DNA from: Lama glama | Taxonomy: Eukaryota | Assembly (NCBI GenBank): GCA_028534125.1 | Contig: CM052816.1 | Span: 59,336,001-59,400,000 of the forward strand | Direction: 5' to 3' | DNA length: 64,000 nucleotides | Part shown: one piece after another, positions 13,785-27,370 of the stretch | Layout of the letters: each line of letters begins with the position of its first letter | Numbering within the stretch: position 1 is the stretch's first letter | Made by a program: the position numbers and the translations under genes | Notes under the pieces: model-generated | Databases searched by the model: none | What the model saw: only the letters and a program-made list of their open reading frames with translations | Told to the model about the DNA's origin: nothing

Positions 13785-14175
13785 AGTTACGAGCTAAATG
13801 TTTCTTTTCCCCCAGATTCTTATGCTGAAGCCCTCCCCCCCCCCCCCATGGTACTGGGAGATGAGGCCTTTGGGAGGTAATTAGCATTAGATGACGTAAC
13901 ACGGGTGGGGCCTCCTGATGGGATTCACGCCCTGCTCAGAAGACACCTGAGCACCTGCCCACCCCCAGCCGCGCGCAGGCGCAGAGACAAGGGCACGCGG
14001 GCCGACCGCCGCGTCCCGCAAGCCGAGAGGAGGAGCCCGAGGGGGGAGCCTGCCTTCCCAGCTCCTGGATCTTGGACTTCCCAGCCTCCAAAATGGTGAG
14101 AAATGCATTTCTGTTTTTCTTTGTTTTTAAGCTCCGCGACGTATGGTATTTCGTGATGGTAGTTCAAGCTAAGGC
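13785..14175 (+). mobile_element. MLT1 (MLT1A-like) solo LTR with a CpG-rich centre
   Basis: gcctttgggaggtaattag...gatcttggacttcccagcctccaaaatggtgagaaatgcatttctg...tatggtatttcgtgatgg. Confidence 0.85.
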
Positions 14176-14737
14176 AAGGATCAGCGAGGACTAGGGCTGG
14201 TTTTTCTAAACTAGGTAACATTTTAGTATCTCTGTGAAACTTTGCCTAACGCCTGCCTCAGGCCTCTTGAGGCTTAGCGTTCGTTCTCTCTCTTATCGTG
14301 ATGAATGGCAGTCGCTTTAGAGTTTGCCTTCACCAGCAGACTGAGCTCTTTGAGGGCAGCCAAAGAGCGTTATCACTGGACTTCAGAGGGACGCGTCATA
14401 CCCCACACGTACTAGGTGCTTAATAAAGTTTTGGCCGGTGAATCTGATAAGCCAGTGTCAGGCATCTCGTCCTCGCTGGTCCCAGGAAACAGAGCTCTGT
14501 CAACCAAACTATTTAAAACCCCAAACCATGTGGCACAGGGAGTCTCTTAAAAATGACAGTAAATATGAAATAAGGTAACCAGCATATTTTCTCCATTGTG
14601 ATGAAATTATCGATATCACTTGGTTTGTGACGGCTTGGACTGTAAATCATGGAGCTTTGACTCCGTAAGTAAATTGATTCCAATAGGTTAGTCATAGAAC
14701 GTACGGTCTATTTCCCAGTCAAAGCCATAATTCTAAT

Positions 14738-15237
14738 NNNNNNNNNNNNNNNNNNNNNNNNNNNNNNNNNNNNNNNNNNNNNNNNNNNNNNNNNNNNNNN
14801 NNNNNNNNNNNNNNNNNNNNNNNNNNNNNNNNNNNNNNNNNNNNNNNNNNNNNNNNNNNNNNNNNNNNNNNNNNNNNNNNNNNNNNNNNNNNNNNNNNNN
14901 NNNNNNNNNNNNNNNNNNNNNNNNNNNNNNNNNNNNNNNNNNNNNNNNNNNNNNNNNNNNNNNNNNNNNNNNNNNNNNNNNNNNNNNNNNNNNNNNNNNN
15001 NNNNNNNNNNNNNNNNNNNNNNNNNNNNNNNNNNNNNNNNNNNNNNNNNNNNNNNNNNNNNNNNNNNNNNNNNNNNNNNNNNNNNNNNNNNNNNNNNNNN
15101 NNNNNNNNNNNNNNNNNNNNNNNNNNNNNNNNNNNNNNNNNNNNNNNNNNNNNNNNNNNNNNNNNNNNNNNNNNNNNNNNNNNNNNNNNNNNNNNNNNNN
15201 NNNNNNNNNNNNNNNNNNNNNNNNNNNNNNNNNNNNN
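14738..15237. other. Assembly gap (500 N placeholder)
   Basis: Run of exactly 500 N. Confidence 1.
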
Positions 15238-15409
15238 ATTGCTGGCCCATATGGTAGTTCTATTTTTAATTTTTTGAGGAACTTCCATACTGTTTTCCAT
15301 AGTGGCTGCACCAGTTTACATTCCCAACAACAATACACCAGGCTTCCCCTTTTGCCACATACTCCCCAGCATTTGTTTTATTTCTTATCTTTTCGATAAT
15401 GGCCATTCT
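15238..15409 (-). mobile_element. Host L1 3' region; interrupted and resumes at 22227-22520
   Basis: ggtagttctatttttaattttttgaggaacttccatactgttttccatagtggctgcacc. Confidence 0.85.
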
Positions 15410-18400
15410 TTTTCCCCCCAGCTTGATCAAGATAGCATGGATATACATCACTGTGTACGTTTAAGGTGTACAGCATAATGGTCTGACTTACATATAATGT
15501 GAAATGATTACTGTAATAAGTTTAGTTAGTATCCATCATCTCATATAGACAAAATAAAAAGAAAATGCAAAAGAATTTTTCTTGTGATGAGAACTCTTAG
15601 GATTTACTCTCTTAACAACTTCCATTCATATAAAGCAGCTGACTATAGTCACCATGCTGTACATTAATCATCTTATTCATCTTATAACTGGATGTTTACT
15701 CCTTTTGTTCCTTCCTCTAATTCTCTCTCTCTCCCCCCTTAGCCCCTGGTAACCACAAATATGATCTTTTTCTATCACTTTGGTTTTTGTTTTTCCTTTT
15801 TTATTATTAGAATAAAAGTAGGACCATACAGGATTTGTCTCTCTCTGTCTGACTTATTTCACTTAGCATATTGCCCTCAAGGTCCATCCATGTTGTCATA
15901 AATGAGAGGATTTCCTTGTTTTTTATGACTGAATAATATTCCACTGTATATATACCACAACTTTTTTATCCATTTATCCATCAGTGGACGCTTAGGTGGT
16001 TTCTGTGTCTTGGCTGCTGTAAATAATGCTGCTATGACATGGGGCTGCAGATCTCTCTTCCAGTTAGTGTTTTTATTTAGTTTGGATATATTCCCAGAAG
16101 TAGAATTGCTGGATCATATTGTAATTCTAGTTCTGATTTTTTGAGGATCCTTTATTCTGTTTTTCCATAATTACTGTACCAGTTTATAATCCTAACAGCA
16201 GTGCACATCCTTGCCACGTTTGTTCTCCCTTTCCTTTTTGAGGATGGCCATCCTAATAGCTATGAAATGATACCTCATCTGGTTTTGACTTGCATTTCCC
16301 TGTTAACTAGTGATGTTGAGCATCTTTTTAGATACCTGTTGATCGTTAATGTATCTTCTATGGAAAAAAAATCTATTGAGGTCTTTTGCCCGTTTTTTAA
16401 TTGGATTGTTTCTTTTGCTGTTGAGTTACATGAGTTATTTATATATTTTAAATATTAACCCTTATTAGATATATGATTAACAAATATTTTTCCCTTTCCA
16501 TAGGCTGCTGTTCAGTTTGCTGATTGTTCTTTTTCTATGCAGAGGTATTTTAGTTTGATGAAGTCCCACTTGTTTTTGATTTTGTTGCACTGTAGGTGTC
16601 ATATCCAAAAAATCATTGCCAAGACCCATATCAAAGAGCTTTTTTCTTACATTTTTTCCCTAGGAGTTTCACGGTTTCAGGTCTTACATTTAAGTCTTTA
16701 ATCCAGATCAAGGTTACTTTGTGAACGCTGTTAAGACAGAGGTCTAGTTTCATTCTTTTACTTATGATTATTCCATTTCCCCAGCACTTATTGAAGAGAA
16801 CACGTTTTCACCATTTAGTGTTCTTGGTTCCCTTGTTAAAATATTAGTTGGCTTTATATGCTTGAGTCTATTTGGGGGCTCTTTATTCTGACCCATCTAT
16901 ATATTGTCTGTTTTTAAGTCAGTACCATACTGTTCTGGTTACTACAGTTTTATAGTAGAGCTGGAAATTGGGAAGCATAAAGTCTCTTGCTTTGTTCTTC
17001 TCTCTCAGGATCGTTTTGGCTATTCAGGATCTTTTGTGGTTCCATATAAATTTAAAAATTGTTTTTTCTACTCCTCCAAAAATGTTATTGGAATATTGAT
17101 AGGGATTGCATTTCAATCTATAGATGGGTTTTAGTATTCTTATAGTTCACAAACATGGGAGGCCTTTCCATTTACTTGTGTCTTTGATTTCTTTCATCAG
17201 TTTTCAGAGTAGAGATCTTTCACTTCCTTGGTGAAGTTTATTCCTATATATTTTATTGTTTTTGATGCTATTTTAAATGAGATCATTTTCTTTATTTTAA
17301 ATAATTCATTGTTGTGTATAGAAAAGCTACTGGCATTTGTATGTTAATTCTGTGTCCTTTATGTTGATACATTCTATATCTAGAAATTTCTATCATGAAC
17401 AGGTGTCAAATTTTGTCAGATGCTTTTTTGTCTGTTGAGATGATGACAGGATTTTTTCTTCAATTTTATTAATTAATGCATAACAATGATATTTTTGTAT
17501 GTTGAACCATTCTTGCAACCCATGTATAAATCCCACTTGATCATGACGAATGATTCTTTTAAGGTGCTGCTGAACTCAGTTTGCTAGTATTTCACTGAGA
17601 CCTTTTGCATCTATATTCATCAGGGATATTAGTCTGTAGTTTTCTTTTCTAGTATTTTTTTTTCTTCTGGCTTTGGTTTCAGAGTAATGCTGGGCTCATA
17701 AAATGAGTTTGGGGGTGTTCCCTCCTCTTTGAGTTTTGGGGAGAGTTTGAGAAGAATTGATATTAATTCTTCTCTAAATGTTTGGTAAAAATCACTAGTG
17801 AAGTCATTTGGTCCTGGGATTTTATTCATTGAGAGATTTTTTAAATTACTGGTTCAATCTCCTTACTAGTACTTGGTCTACTCAGACTTTTATTTCTTCC
17901 TGATTCAATCTAGTTTGTCTGTTTCTAAGAATTTTTCCATTTCTTCTATGTTGTCCAGTTTCCTGATATATAGTTCTATAGTTAGAAATAGATTCAACTT
18001 GAAATTGGAATTAGTCTCACCAGAGCAGAGAGCTTGGTCTCCCAAGATAAAAAGGCAAATCTCACCATACTTTGGGAGCCCCTTAGGAAAGAATTGGTGG
18101 AGGTTCTTGGAAGAGTGGAGGAATAAAGGCTTCTGACAGAAGAGTTCGAGCATTCATCGTAGCCTCTTATGATCCTTGATGTATCTATGGTTAGACATTA
18201 GTTGTGATGTCTGCTTTTTCATTTATAGTTTTGTTGATTTGGGTCCTCTCTCTTTTTTGCTTAGTCTAGCTAAAGGTTTGCAATTTTATCTTAAAGAACC
18301 AACTCTTAGTTGGTTTAATATTTTCTGTTCCTTTTCTGTGCTCTATTTCATTTATTTCTCTTCTGGTCTTTATTGTTTCCTTCCTTCTGCTGACTTTGGG

Positions 18401-21400
18401 CTCAGTTTATTCATTTTTTAGTTGCTAAATGCATAGAGTTAGATTATTTGGAATATTTTTTGCTTAATGTAGGCACTTTTGGTGCAGACTTTCCTCTTAG
18501 AACTACTTTGATGCATCCCATAAGTTTTGATGTGTTGTCTTTTCGTTAGTCTCATGATCCTGTTTTATTGTCTTTAATTTCTTCTTTGATTTATTGGTTG
18601 TTCAGGAGAGTGTTGTTTAATTTTTTTGTATTAGTGAATTTTCTGATTTTCCTCTTGTTATTGACTTGTAGTTTTATACCACTATGGTCAGAGAAGACAC
18701 TTGATGTAATTTCAGTCGTGGTGAATTTTGTGGCCTAAGGTACAGTCTGTTCTAGAAAATGTTTGATGTGTGCTTGAGAAGAATGTGCTTGGCTGGAATG
18801 TTCTGTGCAGTCTGTTAGGTCCATTTCGTCTGTAGTGTTGTTCAACTTGGCTGTTTCCTTATTGATTTCCTGACTGAATGATCCGTCCAGTGCTGAGAGT
18901 AGAGGTATTAGGGTCTTCAACTGTGATTGTATTGCTGTTTATTTCTCCTTTAGTTTGGTTTAGCTCTATTAGTTTTTGCTTTATGTACTTAGATGCTCCA
19001 GTTTGGCCCATAAATACAGCTGTTGTATCTTCTTGATGTATTAACCCTTTTTCATGTTATAATGCGTTTCTTTGTCTCTCTCTCTCTTTTTTTTTTTTTT
19101 ACTATGTTTAGTTTAAAGTCCATTTTGTCTAATATAACTATCGGCTTTTTTTGAGGGGGAGTTACCACTTGCATGGAATATCTTATTCCATCCCTTTACT
19201 CTCAGTAAACGTGTATCTTTAGAGCTAAAGTGAGTCTCCTGTAGGCAGGACATGGTTGGATTTGGTTTTTAAATCCACTCAGCCATTCTTTGTCTTTCAA
19301 TGGGAGGATTTAATATGTTTGTGTTTAAAGTAATTCTTGATAAGTAAGGACTTACTATTGCCATTTTGCTAGTACAGTTGACCTTTGAACAACGTGGGTT
19401 TGAACTGTGTGGGTCCATTTGTATGTGGATTTTTTTTTTTTTTAGTAGTAAATACTGCAGCACCACATGAACCATGGTTGGTTGAATCTGAGGATGTAGA
19501 ACCACATACACAGAGGAACCACGTATATGGTGGGCTGACTCCAAGTTATAGCAGATTTTTGACTGTGGAGGGTTGACATCCCTAACCCCTGTGTTGTTCA
19601 AGGGTCACCTGTGGTTTTCTGGCTGGTAGATCCATTGTTCCTTGTTTATTACCCTGCTGTCTTTTTCTGTGTTTTGATGTCTTGTGGTAGCGGTATGCTT
19701 TGACTTCTTTATTGTGTTCTTTTGTATAATACAGAATTACAAGGTTTTTCCCTTGTGGTTACTATGAGGTACACATAAAATATCTTAAAGTAATAATGTT
19801 CTACTTTAAACTGATAACAACTTCAACAGAACTCATAAGCTGTGTGCTTTTACTTCTCCTCTGCCTCAGATTTTAGATTATTGTTGTTACTGTGTATATG
19901 TTTTTTATATCGTGTAACTAATAGCAGATTTTCATAGTTATGGTTATTTTCACTTCATTTTTAAAAATAACTTTCAGTTATTAAAGAGTGCTAAGTGAAT
20001 TATGTACCACAATTACTGTATTGCATAATCTAATTATGACTATATATTTGCCATTACCAATGAGATTTATGCTACCTTTTTATGTTTTTTATGATGTTAA
20101 TTAGCATTCCTTTATCCGCTCGGAGAACTCCCTTTAATATTTCTTGGAAGGCAGGTCTGGTGGTAATGAACTCGCTCGGCTTTTGTTTAGAAAAGACTTT
20201 ATTCCTCCTCTGTTTCTGAGAGACACCTTCAGTGGGTATGGAATTCTTAATTGATAGTTACTTTCTTTCAATATGTTGAATACGTCACCCCATTTTCTCC
20301 CGCCTGAAGGGTTTCTGTTGAGAACACTGTTGATAGTCTTAATGGGGATTCCCTTGTATATAATTTCTCTCTTTTCTTTTGCTGCTCATAAAGTGCTTTC
20401 TTTGTCTTTGACTTTTGACAGTGTAATGTGTTTCAGTGTAGCTCTATGTAGATTCAACCTATGTGGGGCCTTTAGGGCCTTGGGATCTGAATATCTGTTT
20501 GGGATCTTTTCAGCCATTATGGCTTTAGATGTGCTTTGTCCCTTTCTCTTCCTCTTCTCCTTCTGGAATTCCCATAATGTGAATATTGCTTATTTTTATT
20601 GTGTCCCATAAGTCTTATAGGCTTTCTTCATTCTTTTTCCTTTTTTTGTCTTTTTGCTCCACTGACTTGTTAATTTTAGGTATCTCGTTTTCCAGGTCAC
20701 TGATTCTTTCTTCTGTGGGGTTGTCTGGTTTTGAGCTCTCTGTTGAATTACTCAGTTTACTGAATGTATACTTTAGCTCTAGGATGTCTGGTTTTTTTGT
20801 TTTTTATGATTCTGTTTCTTTGTTGAACTTTGTGTTTTTGTCATGCAGTTTTCCTAATTTCATTTAGTTGTCTGTCTTTCTGTTCTTTGTTCACTAAGCT
20901 TAAGAGGATTATTCTGAGGTTTTTGACAGTTCATAGATTCCCATTTCTTTATGGTTAGTTATTAGAACTTTATTAGTTTCCTTTGGTGGTGCCACATTTA
21001 CCTGACTTTGTGATCCATGATTCCTTACATTGGTATCTGTGCATTTGAGTATGTGGTCTACTCTTCCAGACTTTGCAGGCTCACGCTGGCAGAGATAGTT
21101 CTTCACCAGTTAGTTCAGTTTGGGTTTCTGGTGGTTTGTCCTCTTACCATCCTTGGGCAGGCCGAGCCTACTATTGGGGTCTGTTTTGTGTAATGCAACT
21201 GTTGGAGCGCTGAGGTCGGGGTTGGGGGTGTGCACTGGCTGAGAACGGCTGGATAGGACTGCTGACTTGGTTCCTTGCCCAGGTGAGGCTGCAGGATGGG
21301 CTCGACAGTTGCCTGGATTCTCTGGTTAGGTGTGCTAGACGGAGGGGACTGGGTACTATATACTCAGTAGTAGGTGGGACTCTGAGTTAGCTTCCCAGCA

Positions 21401-22226
21401 CTGGCAGGGCAGCAGGATGGGATCCAGAGCTTGCACAACTCATTGTCTGGGGACCTGAATCAGGCAACGGTGTGCACTGCATATTCTGGCTAGGTGAGGC
21501 CACCAGTTTTACTCTGCAGACAGGAAAAGCAAGGGCTGTGCTCTCTGTTGAAGTTCCACTGTAAGCAGGGCTGTTGGATGGGCCCTGCAGCTCCGTGTGT
21601 GCTCTGGTTAGGTTCCCTGCTCAGGCGGGCTGAAGGCTGTGGTCAGCAGTGAGCAGGGCTGTGAATTCATTCCCTGCCTGGGCACCCTGAGGAAAGCAGC
21701 TCCAGTGCCACGCAGGCTCTTTGTTTGTGGTCTTGACTCAAGTACACCCGTGCCCCAAGTCCCCTAGCTGGACGGGGCCACTGGCTTCATCCTGGGGGCA
21801 GTCGGCTCTGTCTGCCTGCCTCTCAACTGGAGTGTGGCTGGGTTACGCTGCTTCTGGGTGTTCTCACCAGCCCTTCCCGTCCGATGAGGCTGGGGGCCAT
21901 GTCCTGCAGTCCTGTCTGTCAGGTGGGGCTATGACTCAGCTCTTCTGCCTGGGTGTGGGCAGGCCAGGCTCCGGGGCCAGCAAAACTCCTCCTCTGGGGC
22001 CTTGAATCAGATAGACCTGAACCTTGCCAAGTATCCTAGGCAGACTGGGCCATTGACCTGGTTCTACGGATGAGCAAGGCTGCTGCTTGGGACAGCTACT
22101 GAAGCACGGGTGCTTCGGCCTTCCTCCCTTGTCCTAGGATTCTCTCAGTTGTGTCTTGTCTGGGAATCGTTGTTCATTGCTCCTCTTGTGAGGGGGAGCG
22201 AAGTCAGGACTGACCTATGTCACTTA
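15410..22226 (-). mobile_element. Near full-length degenerate L1 (5'UTR ~21100-22226, ORF1 remnant, ORF2 remnant, 3'UTR)
   Basis: ORF2 fragments (e.g. 17629..17829 PGPNDFTSDFYQTF...PNSFYEPSITL; 18735..18920 endonuclease-like), a GC-richer 5' portion, and a 17-bp TSD (15/17). Confidence 0.85.
19375..19611 (+). mobile_element. Tigger2-type MITE inserted in the L1
   Basis: Terminal inverted repeats cagttgacctttgaacaac / gttgttcaagggtcacctg, flanked by TA and TG. Confidence 0.9.
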
Positions 22227-22669
22227 TCAATAATAGCCATTCTGAGGTGATTCCTCATTGTGGTTTTGGTTTTCACTTCTCTGATGATTAGTGATACTGT
22301 GCACCTTTTCATGTACCTGTTGGCCATTCAAATATCTTCTTTAAAAAAATGTCTATTAGATCCTTTGCTCATTTTTAAATTGGATTATTTGTGGGATTTT
22401 TTGCTATTAAGTTGTATGAGTTTTTTTAAAAATATATTTTGGTTATTAACCCCTTGTCAGATATGTGGTTTACAAATACTTTCTCTCATTCTGTTGGTTG
22501 TCTTTTCTTTTTTTACAGAGGTTTTTTAAATACCTTTATTGTGGTATGGTTCCTATACAGTAAACTACACGTTTCAGATGTACACTTTGATGAATTTTGA
22601 TAGATGTATACACCAATGAAAGCACCACCACAATCAAGGTAGCTAACATTTCCATCACTCCCCAGGATG

Positions 22670-22930
22670 TGCAGTTTTCAAATTCCCAATTTACCCCTTC
22701 CCACCCCCTTTACCCCTGGTAACCATAAGTTTTCTCTCTCTGTCTATGAGTCTGTTTCTGTTTTGTAGATAAGTTCATTTGTGTTCTTTTTTTTAGATTC
22801 CACATATAAGCAATATCGTGTGGCATTTTTCTTTCTCTTTCTGGCTTATTTCACTTAGGATGATGATCTCCAGGTTCATCCATGTTGCTGAAAATGACAT
22901 TATTTTATTTTTTATGACTGAGTAGTATTC

Positions 22931-22994
<64 letters not shown>

Positions 22995-25900
22995 ACACAC
23001 ATACATACATACACACCACAACTTCTTTATCCAGTCATCTGTTGATGGACATTTGGGTCATTTTCATGTCTTGACTATTGTAAATAGTGCTTCTGTGAAC
23101 ATTGGGTGCATGTGTCTTTTTAAATTATAATATATTTTTCTCTGGGTTTATGCCCAGCAATGGGATTGCTGGATCACATGGTAAGTCTATTTTTAGTTTT
23201 TTAAGAAACCTCCATACTGTCCTCCACAGTGGCTTCACCAATCTACCTCCCACCTACAATATAGGAAGGTTCCTTTTTCTCCACACCCTCTCCAGCATTT
23301 ATTGTTTCAAGATTTTTTAATGATGACCATTCTGGCTGATGTGCGGTGATATCTCATTGTAGTTTTGACTTGCATTTCTCTAACAGTTAGTGATGTTGAG
23401 CATCTTATGTGCTTGTTGGCCATCTAGCTTCTTTGGAGATACATCTATTTAGGCCTTCTGACCATTTTTTAATTGGGTTGCTTGTTTTTTAGATATTAAG
23501 GTGTATGAGCTGTTTGTATATTTTGGAAATTAGTCCCTTGTCAATCACATCATTTGCAAATATTTTCTCCCATTCTGTTGGTTGTCTTTTCATTTTGTTG
23601 ATGATATCCTTAGCTGTGCAAAAGCTTTTAAGTTTAATTAGATCCCATTTGTTTATTTTTGCTTTTATTTTCATTACTTTAGGAACTGGTTCAAAAAATA
23701 TATTGCTGTGATTTATGTCCAAGAGCATTCTGCCTATGTTTTCCTCTAGGAGTTTAATAGTATCTGGTCTTACATTTAAGTCTTTAATCCATTTTGAGTC
23801 TATTTTTGTATATGGTGTTAGGGAATGTTTTAATTTCAGTCTTTTACAGGTAGCTGTCCAGCTGCTGCTTATAGAAGAGACTGTCTTTTCCCCATTGTAT
23901 ATTCTTGCCTCCTTTGTCATAGATTAATTGACCATAAATGTGTGAGTTTATTTCTGGACTTTCTATCCTGTTCCGTTTACCTATGTGTCTGTTTTTGTGC
24001 CAGTACCATACTGTTTTGATTACTGTAGCTTTGTAGTATAGTCTGAAGTCAGGGAGCATGAATCCCTGAGCTCCATTCTTCTTTTTCAAGATTGTTTTGG
24101 CTATTCTTTTGTGTTTCCATACAAATTTTAACATTTTTTTCCAGCTCTGTGAGAAATATGAGGTAATTTGATAGGGATTATACTGAATCTGTATATTGCC
24201 TTGGGTAGTATGGCTACTTGAACAGTGTTGATTCTTCCAATCCAAGAACACTGTATATCTTTCCATTTGCTTATGTGGTCTTCAATTTGTTTCATCAGTG
24301 TCTTAAAGTTCTTGGGTACAGGTCTGTTGCCTCCTTGGGTAGGTTTATTCGTAGGTATTTTATTCTTTTTGGTGCAATGGTAAGTGGTATTGTTTCCTTA
24401 ATTTGTTTTTTGGCAATTTTGTTGTTAGTGTATAGAAGTACAGCTGATTTCTGTATATTAATTTTGCATCCTGCAACCTTACCATATTCATTGTTTTGTT
24501 CTGCTAGTTTTCTGGTCACTTCTTTAGGGTTTTCTATGTATAGTATCATGTCATCTGTAAATAGTGACAGTTTTACTTCATTTCCTATTTGGATTCCTTT
24601 TATTTCTTTTTCTTCTCTGATTGCTATGGCTAGGAATTCCAAAACTATGCTGAATAAAGTGGTGAGAGTGGGCATCCTTGACTTATTCCTGATCTTAGAG
24701 GGGATGCTTTCAGCTTTTTCCCATTAAGCATGATGTTAGCTATGGGTTTGTCATATATGGCCTTTATTATGTTGAGGCATGTTCCGTCTATGCCCACTTT
24801 CTGGAGTGTTTTTACCATAAATGGATGTTGAATTTTATCAAAAGGTTTTTCTGCATCTATTTAGATGATCATATGATTTTTACTCTTTAATTTGTTAATG
24901 TGGTGCATCACACTGATTAATTTGCTTATATTGAAAAATCCCTGCACCCCTGGGATAAATCCCATTTGATCATGGTGTATGATCCTTTTAATGCATTTGT
25001 TGGAGTCAGTTTGCTGGTATTGAGGATTTTAACGTCTATATTCATAAGTGATATTGGCCTGCAATTTTCTCTTTTTTGTGTGATATCTTTTTCTGGTTTT
25101 GGAATCAGGGTGATGATGTCCCCATAGAATGAATATGGAAGTGTTCCTTCTCCTGCAGTTTTTTAGAATAGTTTCAGAAGGATAGATGTTAACTCTTCTC
25201 TAAATGTTTGGTAGAAATCACCTGTGGAGCCATCTGGTCCTGGACTTTTGTTTGTTAGTTTTTAAATTACTGATTCAATTTCAGTACTGGTAATTGGTCT
25301 ATTCATATTGTCTATTTCTTCCTGGTTCAGTCTTGGCAAATTGTACCTTTCTAAGAAATTGTCCATTTGTTATCTGTTGTCCTTTTTGTTGGCATATAGT
25401 TGCTTGTAGTAGCCTCTTCTGATCCGTTGTATTTCTGTGGTGTCAGTTGTAGCTTTCCCTTCTTCATTTCTGATTTTATTAATTTGGGCCCTCTCCCTTT
25501 TTTTCTTGATGAGTCTAACTAAAGATTTATCAATTTTGTTTCTCTTTTCAAAGAACCAGCTTTTAGTTTGATCTTTATTGTTTTTATAGTCTCTATTTCA
25601 TTTATTTCTGCTCTAGTCTTTATGATTTCTTTTCTTCTAGTAACTTTGGGATTTATTTGTTCTCGTTTCTCTAACTGCTTGAGGTGTAAGTTTAGGTTGA
25701 GTACTTGAGATTTTTCTTGTTTTCTGAGGTAGGCTTGTATTGCTATAAAATTCCCTCTGAGAACTGCTTTTGCTGCGTATGGAGGTTTTGGATCATTCTG
25801 TTTTCATTTTCATTTGTCTCAAAGTATTTTTTTATTTCCTCTTTTGATTTATTCAGTGGTCCATTGGTTGTTTAGTAACATATTGTTTACCCTCCACATG

Positions 25901-26545
25901 TTTGCAGTGTTTTTCTTGTAGTTGATTTCTAACCTTACAGCATTGTGGTTGAAAAAGATCCTTGGTTTGATTTCAATTTTTCTTAAATTTACTGAGGCTA
26001 GCTTTGCGGGCCAGAATGTGATTGATTCTGTGTAGAGTTCCATGTGTACTTGAGAAGAATGTGTATTCTGTTCCTTTCAGATGGAATGCCCTATAGGTAT
26101 CAGTCAAGTCCATCTGGCCTGATGTGTTATTTAGGGCCTGTATTTCCTTATTGGTTTTTGACTGGATGACCTGTCCATTGGTGTAAATAGGGTGTTAAGG
26201 TCCCAGACTATTACTGCGTTATGGTTGATTTCTCCTTTTATGTCTGTTCACAATTGCCTTATATATTGAGGTGCTCCTATGTTGGGTACATATATATTTG
26301 AAATTGTTATATCCTCTTCTTGGATTGATCCCTTGAGCATTATGTAGTGTCCTCCTTTGTCTCTTGTAACAGTATTTTAAGATCTATTTTGTCTGATATA
26401 AGTATTGCTACTCCAGCTTTGTTTTGGTTTCCGTTTGCATGGAATCTTTTTCCATCCCCTTACTTTCAGCCTGCATGTGTCTTTAGCTCTGAAGTGGGTC
26501 TCTTGTAGACATCATATATATGGGTCTTGTTTTTGTATCCAATTA
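22670..26545 (-). mobile_element. Better-preserved 5'-truncated L1 (most of ORF2 plus 3'UTR), frameshifted
   Basis: ORF2 pieces 24295..24675 (RT motif LSLFTDDMILY), 23844..24266 ([19 protein letters not shown]), 23489..23920 ([17 protein letters not shown]). Confidence 0.93.
22933..22984. repeat. (GT)26 microsatellite inside the L1 3'UTR
   Basis: Read directly. Confidence 0.97.
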
Positions 26546-26590
26546 ATTAAAATACTAGAAGTACTATTTCAACAATGCAGTGAACTTAAG

Positions 26591-26771
26591 TAGTGGTTCT
26601 TAGATTTTAGTACGCATTAAAATCACTCAGGAGAACTTGAGACAGATTTCTGGGTCCCACCCTCAGTTATTGAGTCAGGGGTGGGACCCTTGAATAGGCC
26701 CTCCTAACAGGTTTCCAAGTGCTGCTGGTGATAAAGCTCTTGGTCTGAGGACCACACTTTGGAAACCACTG
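26591..26771. mobile_element. MER5-type hAT-Charlie MITE
   Basis: Terminal inverted repeats tagtggttct...gaccacactttggaaaccactg. Confidence 0.75.
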
Positions 26772-27009
26772 GTCTAAAGCAAACCCATGCCATTTTCTGC
26801 CATTCATTATTGGTCACTTATGTAACTGTCCACCAGTTGAGAGCCATGTGGTTAGGTTCCCTAGCAGGAAGAGCAACCAGTGAACTTTTCTCTGAGCTAG
26901 TGCATTTTCCAGGACTAGCTTAGGGGTGAGAGCTCTGGATGGAATCAGACCATCTAGGTGCTCTTTTCTGTGCTCTAGTTGCTGTATGATTAAATAGATA
27001 ATAATCACT

Positions 27010-27370
27010 TGGTATATCAATCAGAGACCAACCAGGAAAAAGGAAATGACTCTAGCTCTTAAAGAAAGGACTGAGTAAAAAGGACTGGTTACTCAGTTGA
27101 TGAAAGTGGAAACCAAACAAAGGGTGGTGAGAGAAACCAGAGGTTTAGCAACAGCAGAAAACTGTTACCACCCCTTAAGCTAGAGTAAAAATGGGAGGTG
27201 GTAATGTTGGCTTCTACTGAGAGAGGGACCAGAGTGGGGCTGCTCAGACCCCAAAGAGAGGGTCTGTCTGGCAAGAGCTGGAGCCATAGGGGAGACTCAC
27301 TATCCAGAAGCCAGAGGGCAAGAGACTCTGGGAGTAGGGTTCTCTGGGATACAGAACAGAGCAGGGGAAA
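27010..27370. mobile_element. Probable LTR33-like ERVL LTR fragment
   Basis: atcaatcagagaccaaccagg...gcaacagcagaaaactgttaccacccct resembles the remembered consensus. Confidence 0.45.

Noticed and set aside
14708..15338. ORFs of 180-201 aa
   Set aside because: They consist of X residues from the N gap plus L1 3' sequence.
23489..26043. Reverse-transcriptase/endonuclease-like ORFs as an active or domesticated gene
   Set aside because: Fragmented by frameshifts and stops, 5'-truncated, catalytic motif altered (FTDD); an ordinary dead L1.
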